A stretch of 64,000 bases of DNA from IMG/VR virus record IMGVR_UViG_2881966637_000002, positions 31,846 to 95,845 of that record; one strand, 5' to 3'. Of this stretch, positions 55,466-64,000 are shown one piece after another (positions within the stretch are counted from its first letter, which is position 1; the number at the start of each line of letters is the position of its first letter). The notes under the pieces are model-generated. The model ran no database searches. It was not told where the DNA came from and saw only the letters and a program-made list of their open reading frames with translations. Source of the DNA: a virus. Lineage: Duplodnaviria > Caudoviricetes. Both the position numbers and the translations under genes were made by a program.

Positions 55466-56010
55466 CCCAGCAAGACGATCAAGTGTACGGCCGGTTCGTG
55501 CATAACGGCACGTCGTACCGGCTCAACCCGGACGCCGGTGCTGCTGGCCCCAGTGGTCCAATCCTACGCTCACTCCATATCAATGATAAACCGGTCTGGC
55601 TCATTGACGACGCGTACTGGATTAAGGAGCCGTGGTCGGAGAACGAGTTGCCCTTCGACGTGGACGTCGCGTTCTACGCGTTCCGGTACTGTCTGGGCCG
55701 CATGACGTACGTAGTCTATGACATGGCCGAGTACCTGATCAATCACGCCGACGCGATCGATGATAAACACCGGGCTCTGATCATATCGGAGATTGATGCC
55801 GCGATCGAGAAGAAACAGGCCGGTTGGGATATGGACGTTAAACAGTGGCAACGGGTCAAAGCCCGGCTGTCCCCGGCCTACCGGGTACGTGTGTTTGATG
55901 GTTGGTACACGATGTATGTATGGGACGGAAAGTATTATTTACCCAACATGCAGCAGTACATGGAACCCTCGGCTATTATAGAAATCACACCACTCAATGG
56001 GACGACGTAG
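55462..56010 (+). CDS. Hypothetical phage protein
   Basis: AFRYCLGRMTYV motif; ATGA coupling. Confidence 0.65.
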   Translation: MTQQDDQVYGRFVHNGTSYRLNPDAGAAGPSGPILRSLHINDKPVWLIDDAYWIKEPWSENELPFDVDVAFYAFRYCLGRMTYVVYDMAEYLINHADAIDDKHRALIISEIDAAIEKKQAGWDMDVKQWQRVKARLSPAYRVRVFDGWYTMYVWDGKYYLPNMQQYMEPSAIIEITPLNGTT

Positions 56011-56680
56011 GAAAGAGCCCGACATCGACCCGGCTTCCGACTGGCCGCAGCTGATCGCGGCCCACGCCCCGTTCATTCGTCACGCAGCCCGCAGGTTTCT
56101 GACCAACAGCGACGACGCGCAGGATCTGGCCCAGGACGTGATGGTCCGGGTCCTGCTCAACGAGAAAAACTTCGACCGGGGCACTGACCTGAAAGCCTGG
56201 CTGTACTGCATCGTTCGGAACATGTTCATCACCGCTTACCAGCGCAAAAAACGGGTGAGTCGGGTTGATCTCTCCGACGAGCTCTACAGCGGTATGGATG
56301 TGCTGGGGAGCGTGGAGAGCGGGGCCGACGAGCTCATGCACATGCAGTCGGTGCTGGTCGCGGTCAACGGGCTGGTGCCGCGCTACCGGGAGCCCCTATT
56401 GCTGTTCATTCAGGGCTGGATGTATGAAGAAATCGCGGCCCACATCGGCCTGCCGGTGGGTACGGTCAAGAACCGGATACACGTCGCCCGGAAGTATTTG
56501 CACGACAACAGGGAGCAGATCGCGACCACAACCACCCTGGTTCTGGACGAAACGCCGGAATCATTGCTCAATACCCTATGTACCTCCGCCAGCAACACTT
56601 CGTCTTTTTCAACCGGGCCACGGGCCAAATCTGGCAGGACCGGCTCTTTGCGACGCGGCAGGAAGCCAAAAACGCCCTAG
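55997..56680 (+). CDS. ECF-type RNA polymerase sigma factor
   Basis: DAQDLAQDV, LKAWLYCIVRN, YEEIAAHIGLPVGTVKNRIHVAR. Confidence 0.92.
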   Translation: MGRRRKEPDIDPASDWPQLIAAHAPFIRHAARRFLTNSDDAQDLAQDVMVRVLLNEKNFDRGTDLKAWLYCIVRNMFITAYQRKKRVSRVDLSDELYSGMDVLGSVESGADELMHMQSVLVAVNGLVPRYREPLLLFIQGWMYEEIAAHIGLPVGTVKNRIHVARKYLHDNREQIATTTTLVLDETPESLLNTLCTSASNTSSFSTGPRAKSGRTGSLRRGRKPKTP

Positions 56681-56784
56681 ATGAGTTCTTCGGCTTCCCG
56701 GTTGATCTCAGAGCGATTCGACACGACTGGGAGCTGCAAAAAGTGGGCGTTACGTTCAGTATCAAAACCAAAAAACCTTATTAA
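56578..56784 (+). CDS. Hypothetical protein
   Basis: Overlaps the low-complexity sigma tail and ends at the next leader. Confidence 0.5.
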   Translation: MYLRQQHFVFFNRATGQIWQDRLFATRQEAKNALDEFFGFPVDLRAIRHDWELQKVGVTFSIKTKKPY

Positions 56785-56788
56785 ACCA

Positions 56789-57415
56789 ATGAAAGCTATC
56801 ACACTCCAGGACAACGCATCTAAAAACCCCGTGCCCTGGCTATTGACGGGTTATTTTGAGGGAGAACAAAGGAGGCTTTGCCCAAGCTTCCCTGGATACT
56901 CTGTGACAGAATCGGGTAGGCTTTTTACCCACAGACGAAAAACGGGGGGTGCTGCAAAGAAGCTGGGTGTTCCCACAGTAGTTGTTGATTTTTCTTATGA
57001 AAAGGAGTTGAAAAGGCCATATGTTGACCCAAAGCATCCGTACGTAAATTATCCTATTTGCGTAAACGGAAAGCAAAGAGCCATCGGCATACATCGATTG
57101 TTAGCCGACGCCTTTTTTGGTCCTCGACAAAACGGACAGGTTGTTCGACATTTAGATGACAACCCACAAAACAACCATCTGAGCAATTTAAAATATGGAA
57201 CAAATAAAGAAAACGCCCAAGACGCAATTCGTAACAACAAGAGAAAGTGTAACGAGGACCACCATATGTCTAAGTTATCTAATCAAGATGTAAGGGAAAT
57301 AAGAAGGTTGCGACATCAAAAGGTCACTGTGCCAGAATTAAAAAAAATGTTTGGGGTGTGTACCGCTACAATTGAAGGGGTCATTTATAATAGGTATTAC
57401 AAAGACGTAATTTGA
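56789..57415 (+). CDS. HNH homing-type endonuclease (NUMOD4/HNH-like)
   Basis: PGYSVTESG, IHRLLADAF, VRHLDDNPQNNHLSNLKYGTNKEN; C-terminal HTH; ATG at 56789 after the conserved leader. Confidence 0.9.
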   Translation: MKAITLQDNASKNPVPWLLTGYFEGEQRRLCPSFPGYSVTESGRLFTHRRKTGGAAKKLGVPTVVVDFSYEKELKRPYVDPKHPYVNYPICVNGKQRAIGIHRLLADAFFGPRQNGQVVRHLDDNPQNNHLSNLKYGTNKENAQDAIRNNKRKCNEDHHMSKLSNQDVREIRRLRHQKVTVPELKKMFGVCTATIEGVIYNRYYKDVI

Positions 57416-57416
57416 A

Positions 57417-57884
57417 ATGAAAGCTATCACACTTCAGGATGATGCGCCTAGCAATCCTGTCTGCTGGCTCAGTCTGGTCGAATGGGGTATCAAAACGATC
57501 GAAACCCGCAGCAACTGGATGAACCGGTCCCATTGGGGTGACACGATCCTGACCGGTAGTGCCACGAGCCGGACGCCTAACGCCGGCCTGGCGGTCTGCG
57601 TGGTCAATATCATCGACATCGTACCCATGACCCGTGAGCACGAAGAAAAAGCGTGTATCGAGGTGTACGAAAACGCCCGGGCCCTGATCACCACCGATCT
57701 GCGCTGGCTCAGCCGGAAGTTCCCGGTCAAAGGCTCGTTGGGCGTGTTCAACCTGGATATGCCGGCCGACGTACAGATTATCACGCCGACGCCGGAGGAC
57801 CTGAATCCGGCCAACTACCCCGACTACCTCAAGCAGTATCTTTATGCAAACCGACCTAACGCTTTGTCTCGCCAACAACGATAA
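57417..57884 (+). CDS. ASCH domain protein
   Basis: MKAITL...GIKTIETRS...FPVKGSLGVF. Confidence 0.75.
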   Translation: MKAITLQDDAPSNPVCWLSLVEWGIKTIETRSNWMNRSHWGDTILTGSATSRTPNAGLAVCVVNIIDIVPMTREHEEKACIEVYENARALITTDLRWLSRKFPVKGSLGVFNLDMPADVQIITPTPEDLNPANYPDYLKQYLYANRPNALSRQQR

Positions 57885-58029
57885 ATGTCCCTTGCGCCGG
57901 TCGTGCCGTCGCTACACGGAGCTGGTCAAGCTGGACCCGGCCGAGTGCCATATCTTTTCCAAGATAGATGGGCAGACCTGCGCCGAGGCCGATTACCCCA
58001 ACGACTACCCGGAGTACCTACCCCTATGA
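57844..58029 (+). CDS. Small Cys-rich phage protein
   Basis: DLTLC...CPLRRSCRRY. Confidence 0.6.
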   Translation: MQTDLTLCLANNDKCPLRRSCRRYTELVKLDPAECHIFSKIDGQTCAEADYPNDYPEYLPL

Positions 58030-58346
58030 GAGAGATACAAATCAACCCTGACGAGGTGATGTACGCGGTGGGTGACGCGAACTACGCGCATATCCACTTT
58101 GCCAACGCGAAGCCGATTGTGTACGCCCGAACCCTGAAACTACTACACGAGCGGTGGCCGGTTATGCTACGGCTGCACAAGCATGTGCTGATCAACCCCA
58201 ACTTCATCCGGTCGGTTCATGTACCAAAACGAAATGGCGGGGTGCTATCGGTCACGATGCGCGACGGATCAAGTCATGACGCGGGTAGGCGACGGAAAGC
58301 GGGCATACTTAAATTTCTCAATCAAAATAACGTATTAAAACCATGA
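58026..58346 (+). CDS. Stand-alone LytTR DNA-binding protein
   Basis: GDANYAHIHF...ARTLK...RLHKHVLINPNFI...GRRR; ATGA start at 58026. Confidence 0.85.
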   Translation: MREIQINPDEVMYAVGDANYAHIHFANAKPIVYARTLKLLHERWPVMLRLHKHVLINPNFIRSVHVPKRNGGVLSVTMRDGSSHDAGRRRKAGILKFLNQNNVLKP

Positions 58347-58753
58347 ACACCTGTCTCCATTGCAACGCTCCGGTAGAGCCCCAAGAGATCATTCACGGCT
58401 ACGATGGCTATAAGTCGTATTACGAATGTAAGTCGTGCGAGTGGTGGTCGATGCTCGAAACCGGCAATTCTCAGGTTGGCCACTTCCTGTCACCCGTTGT
58501 CAAGCTATTCCCCCACACCCCGCACGATTTGTGTGTGCATGACCTGGTTTCGGCTATCAACAAAATGCCCCGCAACACGACGCCTGCCGAGCTGGCCAAC
58601 TTCGTGCAAGGCTCGGTGTGCCAGTACCTGGAAGCCTTCTGCGTCGCGGCCAATATCCCGGACGAAAAACGGAAGCTCTACGAGATCAACACCGGTCTGG
58701 TCCCCACCCTACCCCGCAAAGAATTTACCCTGCCCGCCAATGAAACGAATTGA
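58343..58753 (+). CDS. Zinc-ribbon protein
   Basis: CLHC...CKSC. Confidence 0.6.
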   Translation: MNTCLHCNAPVEPQEIIHGYDGYKSYYECKSCEWWSMLETGNSQVGHFLSPVVKLFPHTPHDLCVHDLVSAINKMPRNTTPAELANFVQGSVCQYLEAFCVAANIPDEKRKLYEINTGLVPTLPRKEFTLPANETN

Positions 58754-59915
58754 TCTGTATTTCGGGGACAACCGCATTATACTGCCTAAACTGGCCGAGA
58801 ACTCGGTGGATTCCATCGTTACCGACCCGCCATACGAGATCAATATGATGGGTAAGTCCTGGGACCGGAGTGGTATTGCCTACGACGTGTATATGTGGCA
58901 GTGCGCATACCGGGTACTGAAGCCGGGGGGCTATCTGCTCGCGTTCGGCGCAACCCGGACCTACCACCGCATGGCCTGTGCGGTGGAGGATGCCGGATTC
59001 CGGGTTATAGACCAGATGATATGGCTATATTCTGAGGGCTTCCCCAAGTCGCATAACCTGAAAGGTGAGCACGAGGGTAAGGGTAGCGCGTTAAAGCCAG
59101 CGCATGAGCCCATTGTTATTGCGCAAAAACCGTTCAGGGGCACCATCCTTGACAATGTACAGAAGTGGGGCGTCGGCGTTTTTAACATTGACCAAAGCCG
59201 CATCCCGTTTAGTACTGAACAGGACCTGAAATCGGCTACCTGGGGTCGCGGCACAGACATCACGGGGGGGCAATTTGTGGGCAGTACGCAGCCGTCAGGC
59301 AAGACCAATGTAGAGGCCAACCCGAAAGGTCGCTGGCCCGCCAACGTGCTGCACGACGGTAGTGAGCCTATTATGGACGCGTTTGCTCAGTATGGCGAAC
59401 GGACCAGCGGCAAACCGAGCGGAATTAAAAAGGCTGCTAACAATATATTCGGTCAGTTTGGCGAACAGCCCTTAACCGGCTATGGCGATACGGGTAGTTT
59501 GGCCCGCTTTTTCTACTGCCCCAAAGCAACCAAAGCCGATAGGGAGGAAGGACTACGGCGATTCTCCTTACAGCAGGGCGGTATAAAGAACGCGAGCGGT
59601 CGGGGGTTTTCGGCCTCTGACCCCAACCGGCCCATTCTTAGACGCAACACATGCCCAACCGTCAAACCGGTTGAATTGATGCGGTATCTGTGTAAGCTGG
59701 TTACACCCACAGACGGAACCGTACTGGACCCATTTATGGGCAGTGGCTCAACCGGCAAAGCAGCCGCTATCGAAAGTTTTGGGTTCGTCGGTATTGATAA
59801 AGACCCAGAACATTTCCCGATCGCGAAGGCGCGTATTCATCACGCTGCCGGCAAGTATAAGCCGCAATCCACCATTTTCAACCACGGATCTATCCATGAA
59901 CGCAGCGAAATTTGA
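58740..59915 (+). CDS. DNA amino-methyltransferase (N6A/N4C, beta class)
   Basis: VDSIVTDPPY near the N-terminus; PTVKP; VLDPFMGSGSTG; likely start MKRIDL at 58740. Confidence 0.93.
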   Translation: MKRIDLYFGDNRIILPKLAENSVDSIVTDPPYEINMMGKSWDRSGIAYDVYMWQCAYRVLKPGGYLLAFGATRTYHRMACAVEDAGFRVIDQMIWLYSEGFPKSHNLKGEHEGKGSALKPAHEPIVIAQKPFRGTILDNVQKWGVGVFNIDQSRIPFSTEQDLKSATWGRGTDITGGQFVGSTQPSGKTNVEANPKGRWPANVLHDGSEPIMDAFAQYGERTSGKPSGIKKAANNIFGQFGEQPLTGYGDTGSLARFFYCPKATKADREEGLRRFSLQQGGIKNASGRGFSASDPNRPILRRNTCPTVKPVELMRYLCKLVTPTDGTVLDPFMGSGSTGKAAAIESFGFVGIDKDPEHFPIAKARIHHAAGKYKPQSTIFNHGSIHERSEI

Positions 59916-60321
59916 AGCCAAGCTCCGGCTGGCTACCGGCAATGTGGTGGGCATATCCCGACCCGAACAAGCCTTGCTTTGGATGAGTGAGGGGGAATAC
60001 CCGGTTGAAGTCGTTACCCTGCCCGCCTGGGTGCCGATTTTCTGGCAACCCGAACGCAGCTTTTTTGACGAGGACGGCGAGTGGGACGACTCGCTGATCC
60101 AGATCAACCAGGAAGTAATGGTGCAGATGGTCTACGGAGCTAATAAGTGGTCGGCCCGCCACCTTCAGCTCAGCTCGTTGAAGCACTTGTTTCGCGAAGT
60201 GGGACGGGTGCAGCGGGTGTACAAACGCCCCCGGCCGGAGCCTGGCGAGTTCGATCTGTATTTGCTCGTGTGGTTTGGGTTCAGGTGGATCGGGCTCCGA
60301 ACCCGTATTGTTGAAACGTAG
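59896..60321 (+). CDS. Hypothetical protein
   Basis: MNAAKFEAK start overlapping the MTase end. Confidence 0.55.
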   Translation: MNAAKFEAKLRLATGNVVGISRPEQALLWMSEGEYPVEVVTLPAWVPIFWQPERSFFDEDGEWDDSLIQINQEVMVQMVYGANKWSARHLQLSSLKHLFREVGRVQRVYKRPRPEPGEFDLYLLVWFGFRWIGLRTRIVET

Positions 60322-60323
60322 CG

Positions 60324-60956
60324 ATGAAAGAGACAGAAATCGGTAAGGAGATCGTGTCGTTTTTTGAAGGGCCGTCTCACGAAGTCTTTTGCGAGGTTCC
60401 CTGCGCGGGTATTATTGATGTCGTGGTGCAGTGCGGTCCCATTATCACCGCTGTTGAGTGCAAGGTATCGTTCGGGTTGGCGGTGATCGAACAAGCCGTC
60501 AAGAACAAAACGTACGCGCATTATAGCTATGTCGCTGTTCCCAAGCGGCCCAGTTCTATGGGTCAGCGGATATGCAAAGACTACGGCATCGGCGTATTGG
60601 TCGCGTCGGTTGGCGGATCGTACCTAAACGTGTATGAACAGGTCAAGCCACGCCTGAATCGACGCATCGTTCGGCCCCACCTGCCGGAGTTTTGTAAACA
60701 CAACGAAGCGGGGGTGCAGAACGATAGGTGGACCGCGTTTAGCTGGTTCGTGGAGGATGTGCGCCGGTTCCTACGGCGAGAACCGATGGGTGCCACGTAC
60801 AGGCAGATTTTTGACAACTGTATCCGGCATTATGGCAAACCGAGTGTGCTGAACAGTTGCCTTCAGACCTATATCCGACGCAACATACTCAAAGATATAG
60901 AGTACCGGGACGGCCGGTTTTTCCTCAGCCTTGCGTCAAATAGCCAAGCCACATGA
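60324..60956 (+). CDS. PD-(D/E)XK nuclease-like protein
   Basis: CEV...IDVV...AVECK...IEQA...YSYVAVP...GIGVL. Confidence 0.7.
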   Translation: MKETEIGKEIVSFFEGPSHEVFCEVPCAGIIDVVVQCGPIITAVECKVSFGLAVIEQAVKNKTYAHYSYVAVPKRPSSMGQRICKDYGIGVLVASVGGSYLNVYEQVKPRLNRRIVRPHLPEFCKHNEAGVQNDRWTAFSWFVEDVRRFLRREPMGATYRQIFDNCIRHYGKPSVLNSCLQTYIRRNILKDIEYRDGRFFLSLASNSQAT

Positions 60957-61177
60957 AAGAGCCGCTATACGTACCCCTCAACTGCCACCAGGATTACATC
61001 GGCAACCGGGACCTCGACCCTATAATACACAAAGGGTTTACGGTCGGTAAAAACGGACGCACGATGTACTGGTACATTATCTGGAACAGCTGGGGAAACG
61101 CGACCATATACCGGAAGGATGTGGGTGGCATACGATGGGTGCCAAATGATACCATGATCACTATTCATTTTAAATAA
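60953..61177 (+). CDS. Hypothetical protein
   Basis: ATGA coupling. Confidence 0.6.
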   Translation: MKEPLYVPLNCHQDYIGNRDLDPIIHKGFTVGKNGRTMYWYIIWNSWGNATIYRKDVGGIRWVPNDTMITIHFK

Positions 61178-61185
61178 TCAAAGCC

Positions 61186-61935
61186 ATGCCAAAAGTTTCA
61201 ACCGAACGAATCGTTCGCGACAAAGGACAAGACACTGAGTTTATCTTTCAGTATGATGTAAATGTGACGAAAGATGGTGTTTTCTCAACAACATTACCCA
61301 GCGACGTAGCTAGTAGATTGGAACTGGCTGGTATATCTCTGGCTCAGAATCGACTTGGCAACAAAGGATATATAGAGAGTAAAACCTTTGATGAGTTAAT
61401 TAAACGCGTCAGAGACATTGTTGATCTCTATTTCAGCAAAGAGCTGATTAGCGAAAAAATTATCATTCGCTATGCTATCCGGACAACATGCGCGTACGTC
61501 CTGGACAAGGATGGTAATATCGCGCCTAATGGCACCTACTCTCCCCTTGGCGGAGCGGGCTGGATAAATGGCACCGTCCCTCAACACGCTAGTTCTCCTA
61601 TGCCTTACGGCATTCTGGCGTATTGCAAACCGTTCGTTCGGCGGGATTATCTCTACAAAAATGGAAAAATAAAGACGGAGTTCGTATCTAATATAGACTG
61701 GCGCACCGATGATTTATTAGAGTCTGGTGTCGCCCTAAAATGGCTCAATGATTTGTGTAGCATCTGTCCGCCAGACAACGCCCCCGTTCAAGAGATAGAC
61801 TATACAGAACCTGTCGCTGCCTTCTTCGTGCAGCTTATCAAGTCGCTGTGTGCGATCAATGAAAAGATTAAAGATTTTCTTGATCCTGTATCTATAAAAA
61901 CGATAGCCGAATCCAATGGTAGACTTTTAGACTAA
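61186..61935 (+). CDS. Hypothetical phage protein
   Basis: 249 aa, AT-richer, co-oriented. Confidence 0.65.
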   Translation: MPKVSTERIVRDKGQDTEFIFQYDVNVTKDGVFSTTLPSDVASRLELAGISLAQNRLGNKGYIESKTFDELIKRVRDIVDLYFSKELISEKIIIRYAIRTTCAYVLDKDGNIAPNGTYSPLGGAGWINGTVPQHASSPMPYGILAYCKPFVRRDYLYKNGKIKTEFVSNIDWRTDDLLESGVALKWLNDLCSICPPDNAPVQEIDYTEPVAAFFVQLIKSLCAINEKIKDFLDPVSIKTIAESNGRLLD

Positions 61936-61965
61936 GCCAAACCACATAAACCACAACTCTTTACC

Positions 61966-62790
61966 ATGATTTTCACAACACTAGCCTGGTTCTTTTTCAG
62001 AATAGCCGCTGTTCTGGCAATCGTCGCGGCTTACTTTGTCCTCTTTGACAATGCTGTCCATGAACAAGCCGACGCCATACTTATAGCAGGCTCCTTTTGT
62101 TTGGTAACATCGCAAGTCTTACTGTTGATCAATTCTTGGCAGGAACGGCGACAGAAAGGGTTGAAAACGATTAACCCAAACGTGATGTCGGAACCCGCTG
62201 GCTGGCAGAACAGGTGGGTGTCCTACCCCAAACCACCACCGCTACATAGTGAACAAATTTCATCAAAGTCGCGGCTGACCCCAGAGCTCCGTTTCTTTAT
62301 AGCGATCACCGGTATTGTGGCCAGCTTTGTCGCGCTCAAAACGGGGTTTATTAGCGACCTGACTTTTTACATAGTCTGCTTTCTGGCCCTGCTGCTACAG
62401 CAATTATTGAAGCCGAAGTACGTAGCCAATTTGTACAGCAAGGGTGGCGTCGTACCCAGCGTGTCCGACGAACTCGCTGCTGAAAATCAGAAATTGACCG
62501 AACGCATATCCGTGCTCGAATCAACGATCGAGTCACGAAACAGCACGATCCAGACGCAGCGGGACTCTATTGACACGTTACATCAGCTACAGTCCGCCCA
62601 TAACGAACAACTTAACAGAAAAGACGAACTGTTCAATCAAGCGATGGCGATTGATAAAACCAATCGGCAAACGATTGATAAGTATCGCGAACTCACGGAC
62701 GAATCGCTACGTCATATCCAAACCCAGTCCGCTATGATCGTTGACCTCAGAGCGCAGCTGGAGCAGTATCAGGCTAGATCCGGTTCATGA
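61966..62790 (+). CDS. Membrane protein (about 4 TM) with C-terminal coiled coil
   Basis: Two pairs of hydrophobic helices followed by a heptad-rich tail. Confidence 0.65.
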   Translation: MIFTTLAWFFFRIAAVLAIVAAYFVLFDNAVHEQADAILIAGSFCLVTSQVLLLINSWQERRQKGLKTINPNVMSEPAGWQNRWVSYPKPPPLHSEQISSKSRLTPELRFFIAITGIVASFVALKTGFISDLTFYIVCFLALLLQQLLKPKYVANLYSKGGVVPSVSDELAAENQKLTERISVLESTIESRNSTIQTQRDSIDTLHQLQSAHNEQLNRKDELFNQAMAIDKTNRQTIDKYRELTDESLRHIQTQSAMIVDLRAQLEQYQARSGS

Positions 62791-64000
62791 TTCCTTTGCT
62801 GTTTTTGAGCAAATCGGTTATCGTCATGTCGATATAATCGGCCGTGGTCTTTATGCTATCGTGCTGGTATATGATTTGTAGATCGAACAGGCTACCGCCC
62901 TCCTCGATAAACCGTTTGCCAAACGTTCTTCGGGCGGTATGGGACGACACGACTTTCCACTTCTCGATCGTTTCCTCGACCCGGTTGATTCCGGAATGCC
63001 TTACCTTCACAATGGGCGTGTTGATACCGGCCTGTCGGCAAAGTTCTTTCATATAGTCCGATTCGCCCTGCCGCGACATGGCCGGTATCCGCCAACCACA
63101 CGACTCCAGTATGTCAACGCAGGGCGTACTGATCGGCAATATGTTTTCTTTCCCGGTTTTGGCACTGGTATACCGCACGACCCACTCACCCCCTTCTTTG
63201 TGAAAGTTCTTGGCCGAGAGCCCATCGCACTCCGATATCCGTAGACTCGTGTAGCAGCGAAACAGCCACCGGACATAAGCTTTCCACATGCCTGATCCGA
63301 TTGCGGGTTTCGTCTGGATCAGCGCGTCGAGCTCGGCTTTGGTCAAGCTGATTGGCCGGGTGCGCTCGCCCTTATAGGTATAGTTATCGATCGCGTCGGG
63401 TACCACGAACCCCTGTTTCCTGGCTTCGCCCGCGACCACTTTCAAATTTTTGATATGGTTATGGATCGTCGCGTTGCTGAGCTCGTTGTCCACCAGAAAG
63501 TCGGTGTATTCGTCCAGCTTTTTCTCCGTCAGCATCGCCCAGGTCAGCGAGGTACTAAAGTTCTTTAAATGTCCCTCGACCTGATTGAAGGTCCGCAGGT
63601 ACGACGGCTTGCGCCGTTTCGCGCTGATCCGCTTGAACTCGGCAAAGAACGGCACGATTCGTTCGTCGCGTTTGGTCTTGACCGCTGCCTGCTCTGGCTC
63701 TACCTGCTGCTGGATGCGATTGGTAATCTCGGTATTGGTCGGCACCATACCCAGCTTGTCGAAGTAGGCCAGGGCTGACGTGAACTGCTTCGTTAGTTCC
63801 TGGATGCGGTCGCGCATCAATACGACGTTCGGGGTCTTGGGATGCAGGCTCTGGTGGTCAACGTTGAAATGGGCCGGGGCAATACTGATACCGGCCGATA
63901 TCTTGACCGTGCGCCCTTTGAACTGGGACGTGAGCGATAGCGGGGCCAGCCCCTTTTTATTGATTTTGCTCTGGTCCAGGAACAGTTTGATCTCGTACAT
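62774..64000 (-). CDS. int: Tyrosine integrase (Bacteroidota arm-binding + SAM-like + catalytic domains)
   Basis: TSLRISE (R), KTG (K), SHTARRTF (HxxR), QHDS (H), TTADY (Y). Confidence 0.93.
   Translation of the reverse strand: MYEIKLFLDQSKINKKGLAPLSLTSQFKGRTVKISAGISIAPAHFNVDHQSLHPKTPNVVLMRDRIQELTKQFTSALAYFDKLGMVPTNTEITNRIQQQVEPEQAAVKTKRDERIVPFFAEFKRISAKRRKPSYLRTFNQVEGHLKNFSTSLTWAMLTEKKLDEYTDFLVDNELSNATIHNHIKNLKVVAGEARKQGFVVPDAIDNYTYKGERTRPISLTKAELDALIQTKPAIGSGMWKAYVRWLFRCYTSLRISECDGLSAKNFHKEGGEWVVRYTSAKTGKENILPISTPCVDILESCGWRIPAMSRQGESDYMKELCRQAGINTPIVKVRHSGINRVEETIEKWKVVSSHTARRTFGKRFIEEGGSLFDLQIIYQHDSIKTTADYIDMTITDLLKNSKGIMNRI

Larger units (their letters stand above)
1..64000. mobile_element. 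Temperate phage/prophage segment (Bacteroidota host) with podovirus crAss-like virion genes
   Basis: Portal, tail and ejection-like genes, repressor/cro switch, initiator plus DnaB, RusA, MTases and tyrosine integrase; no host housekeeping genes recognised. Confidence 0.92.

Noticed and set aside
56681-56788. N-terminal extension of the HNH ORF
   Set aside because: The conserved leader points to ATG 56789
58404-58739. N-terminal extension of the 503-aa MTase ORF
   Set aside because: Overlaps the zinc-ribbon gene; the MTase fold starts at ATG 58740
1-64000. Stop-codon reassignment as in some crAss-like phages
   Set aside because: Long genes are open in the standard code, and TAG, TGA and TAA all end plausible genes
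1-64000. Diversity-generating retroelement or retron
   Set aside because: No reverse transcriptase motifs or template/variable repeat pair noticed

Overview
This 64 kb window looks like the right-hand part of a large temperate phage or prophage of a Bacteroidota host. Cytophagales is a guess from the TTTG/TAnnTTTG promoters, A-rich leaders without a Shine-Dalgarno, DUF4494 and a stand-alone LytTR gene. There are four blocks. (1) 1-24 kb, minus strand: a podovirus virion operon resembling crAss-like phages, with portal, ring/adaptor proteins, a muzzle/stabilisation protein, two cargo proteins and a giant polyvalent protein of at least 2655 aa. The giant ORF runs off the left edge and is missing from the ORF track. 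(2) 24-32 kb, minus strand: accessory genes, two RepL-like wHTH genes and a repeat-rich, G-skewed non-coding region. (3) 32-39 kb, plus strand: many short putative early genes, with a type II hammerhead ribozyme among them. (4) 39-64 kb: a lambdoid-type divergent repressor/cro switch, KilA-N, Sak4-like ATPase, nuclease, an initiator with internal iterons, DnaB, PAPS-reductase-like protein, a frameshifted beta clamp, two DNA methyltransferases, RusA, ECF sigma, HNH, ASCH, LytTR and a tyrosine integrase whose ATG is at the window end. No major capsid protein or large terminase is visible. The best leads are the crAss-like virion module on a temperate chassis, a probable -1 programmed frameshift at 20377, the hammerhead ribozyme next to a recurrent AAAAACCTTATTAAAAC leader, a kissing-loop attenuator upstream of the initiator, a cargo protein segmented by GG motifs, and an HNH gene that duplicates the 5' end of its neighbour. 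All family assignments are by-eye motif recognition, not database hits.
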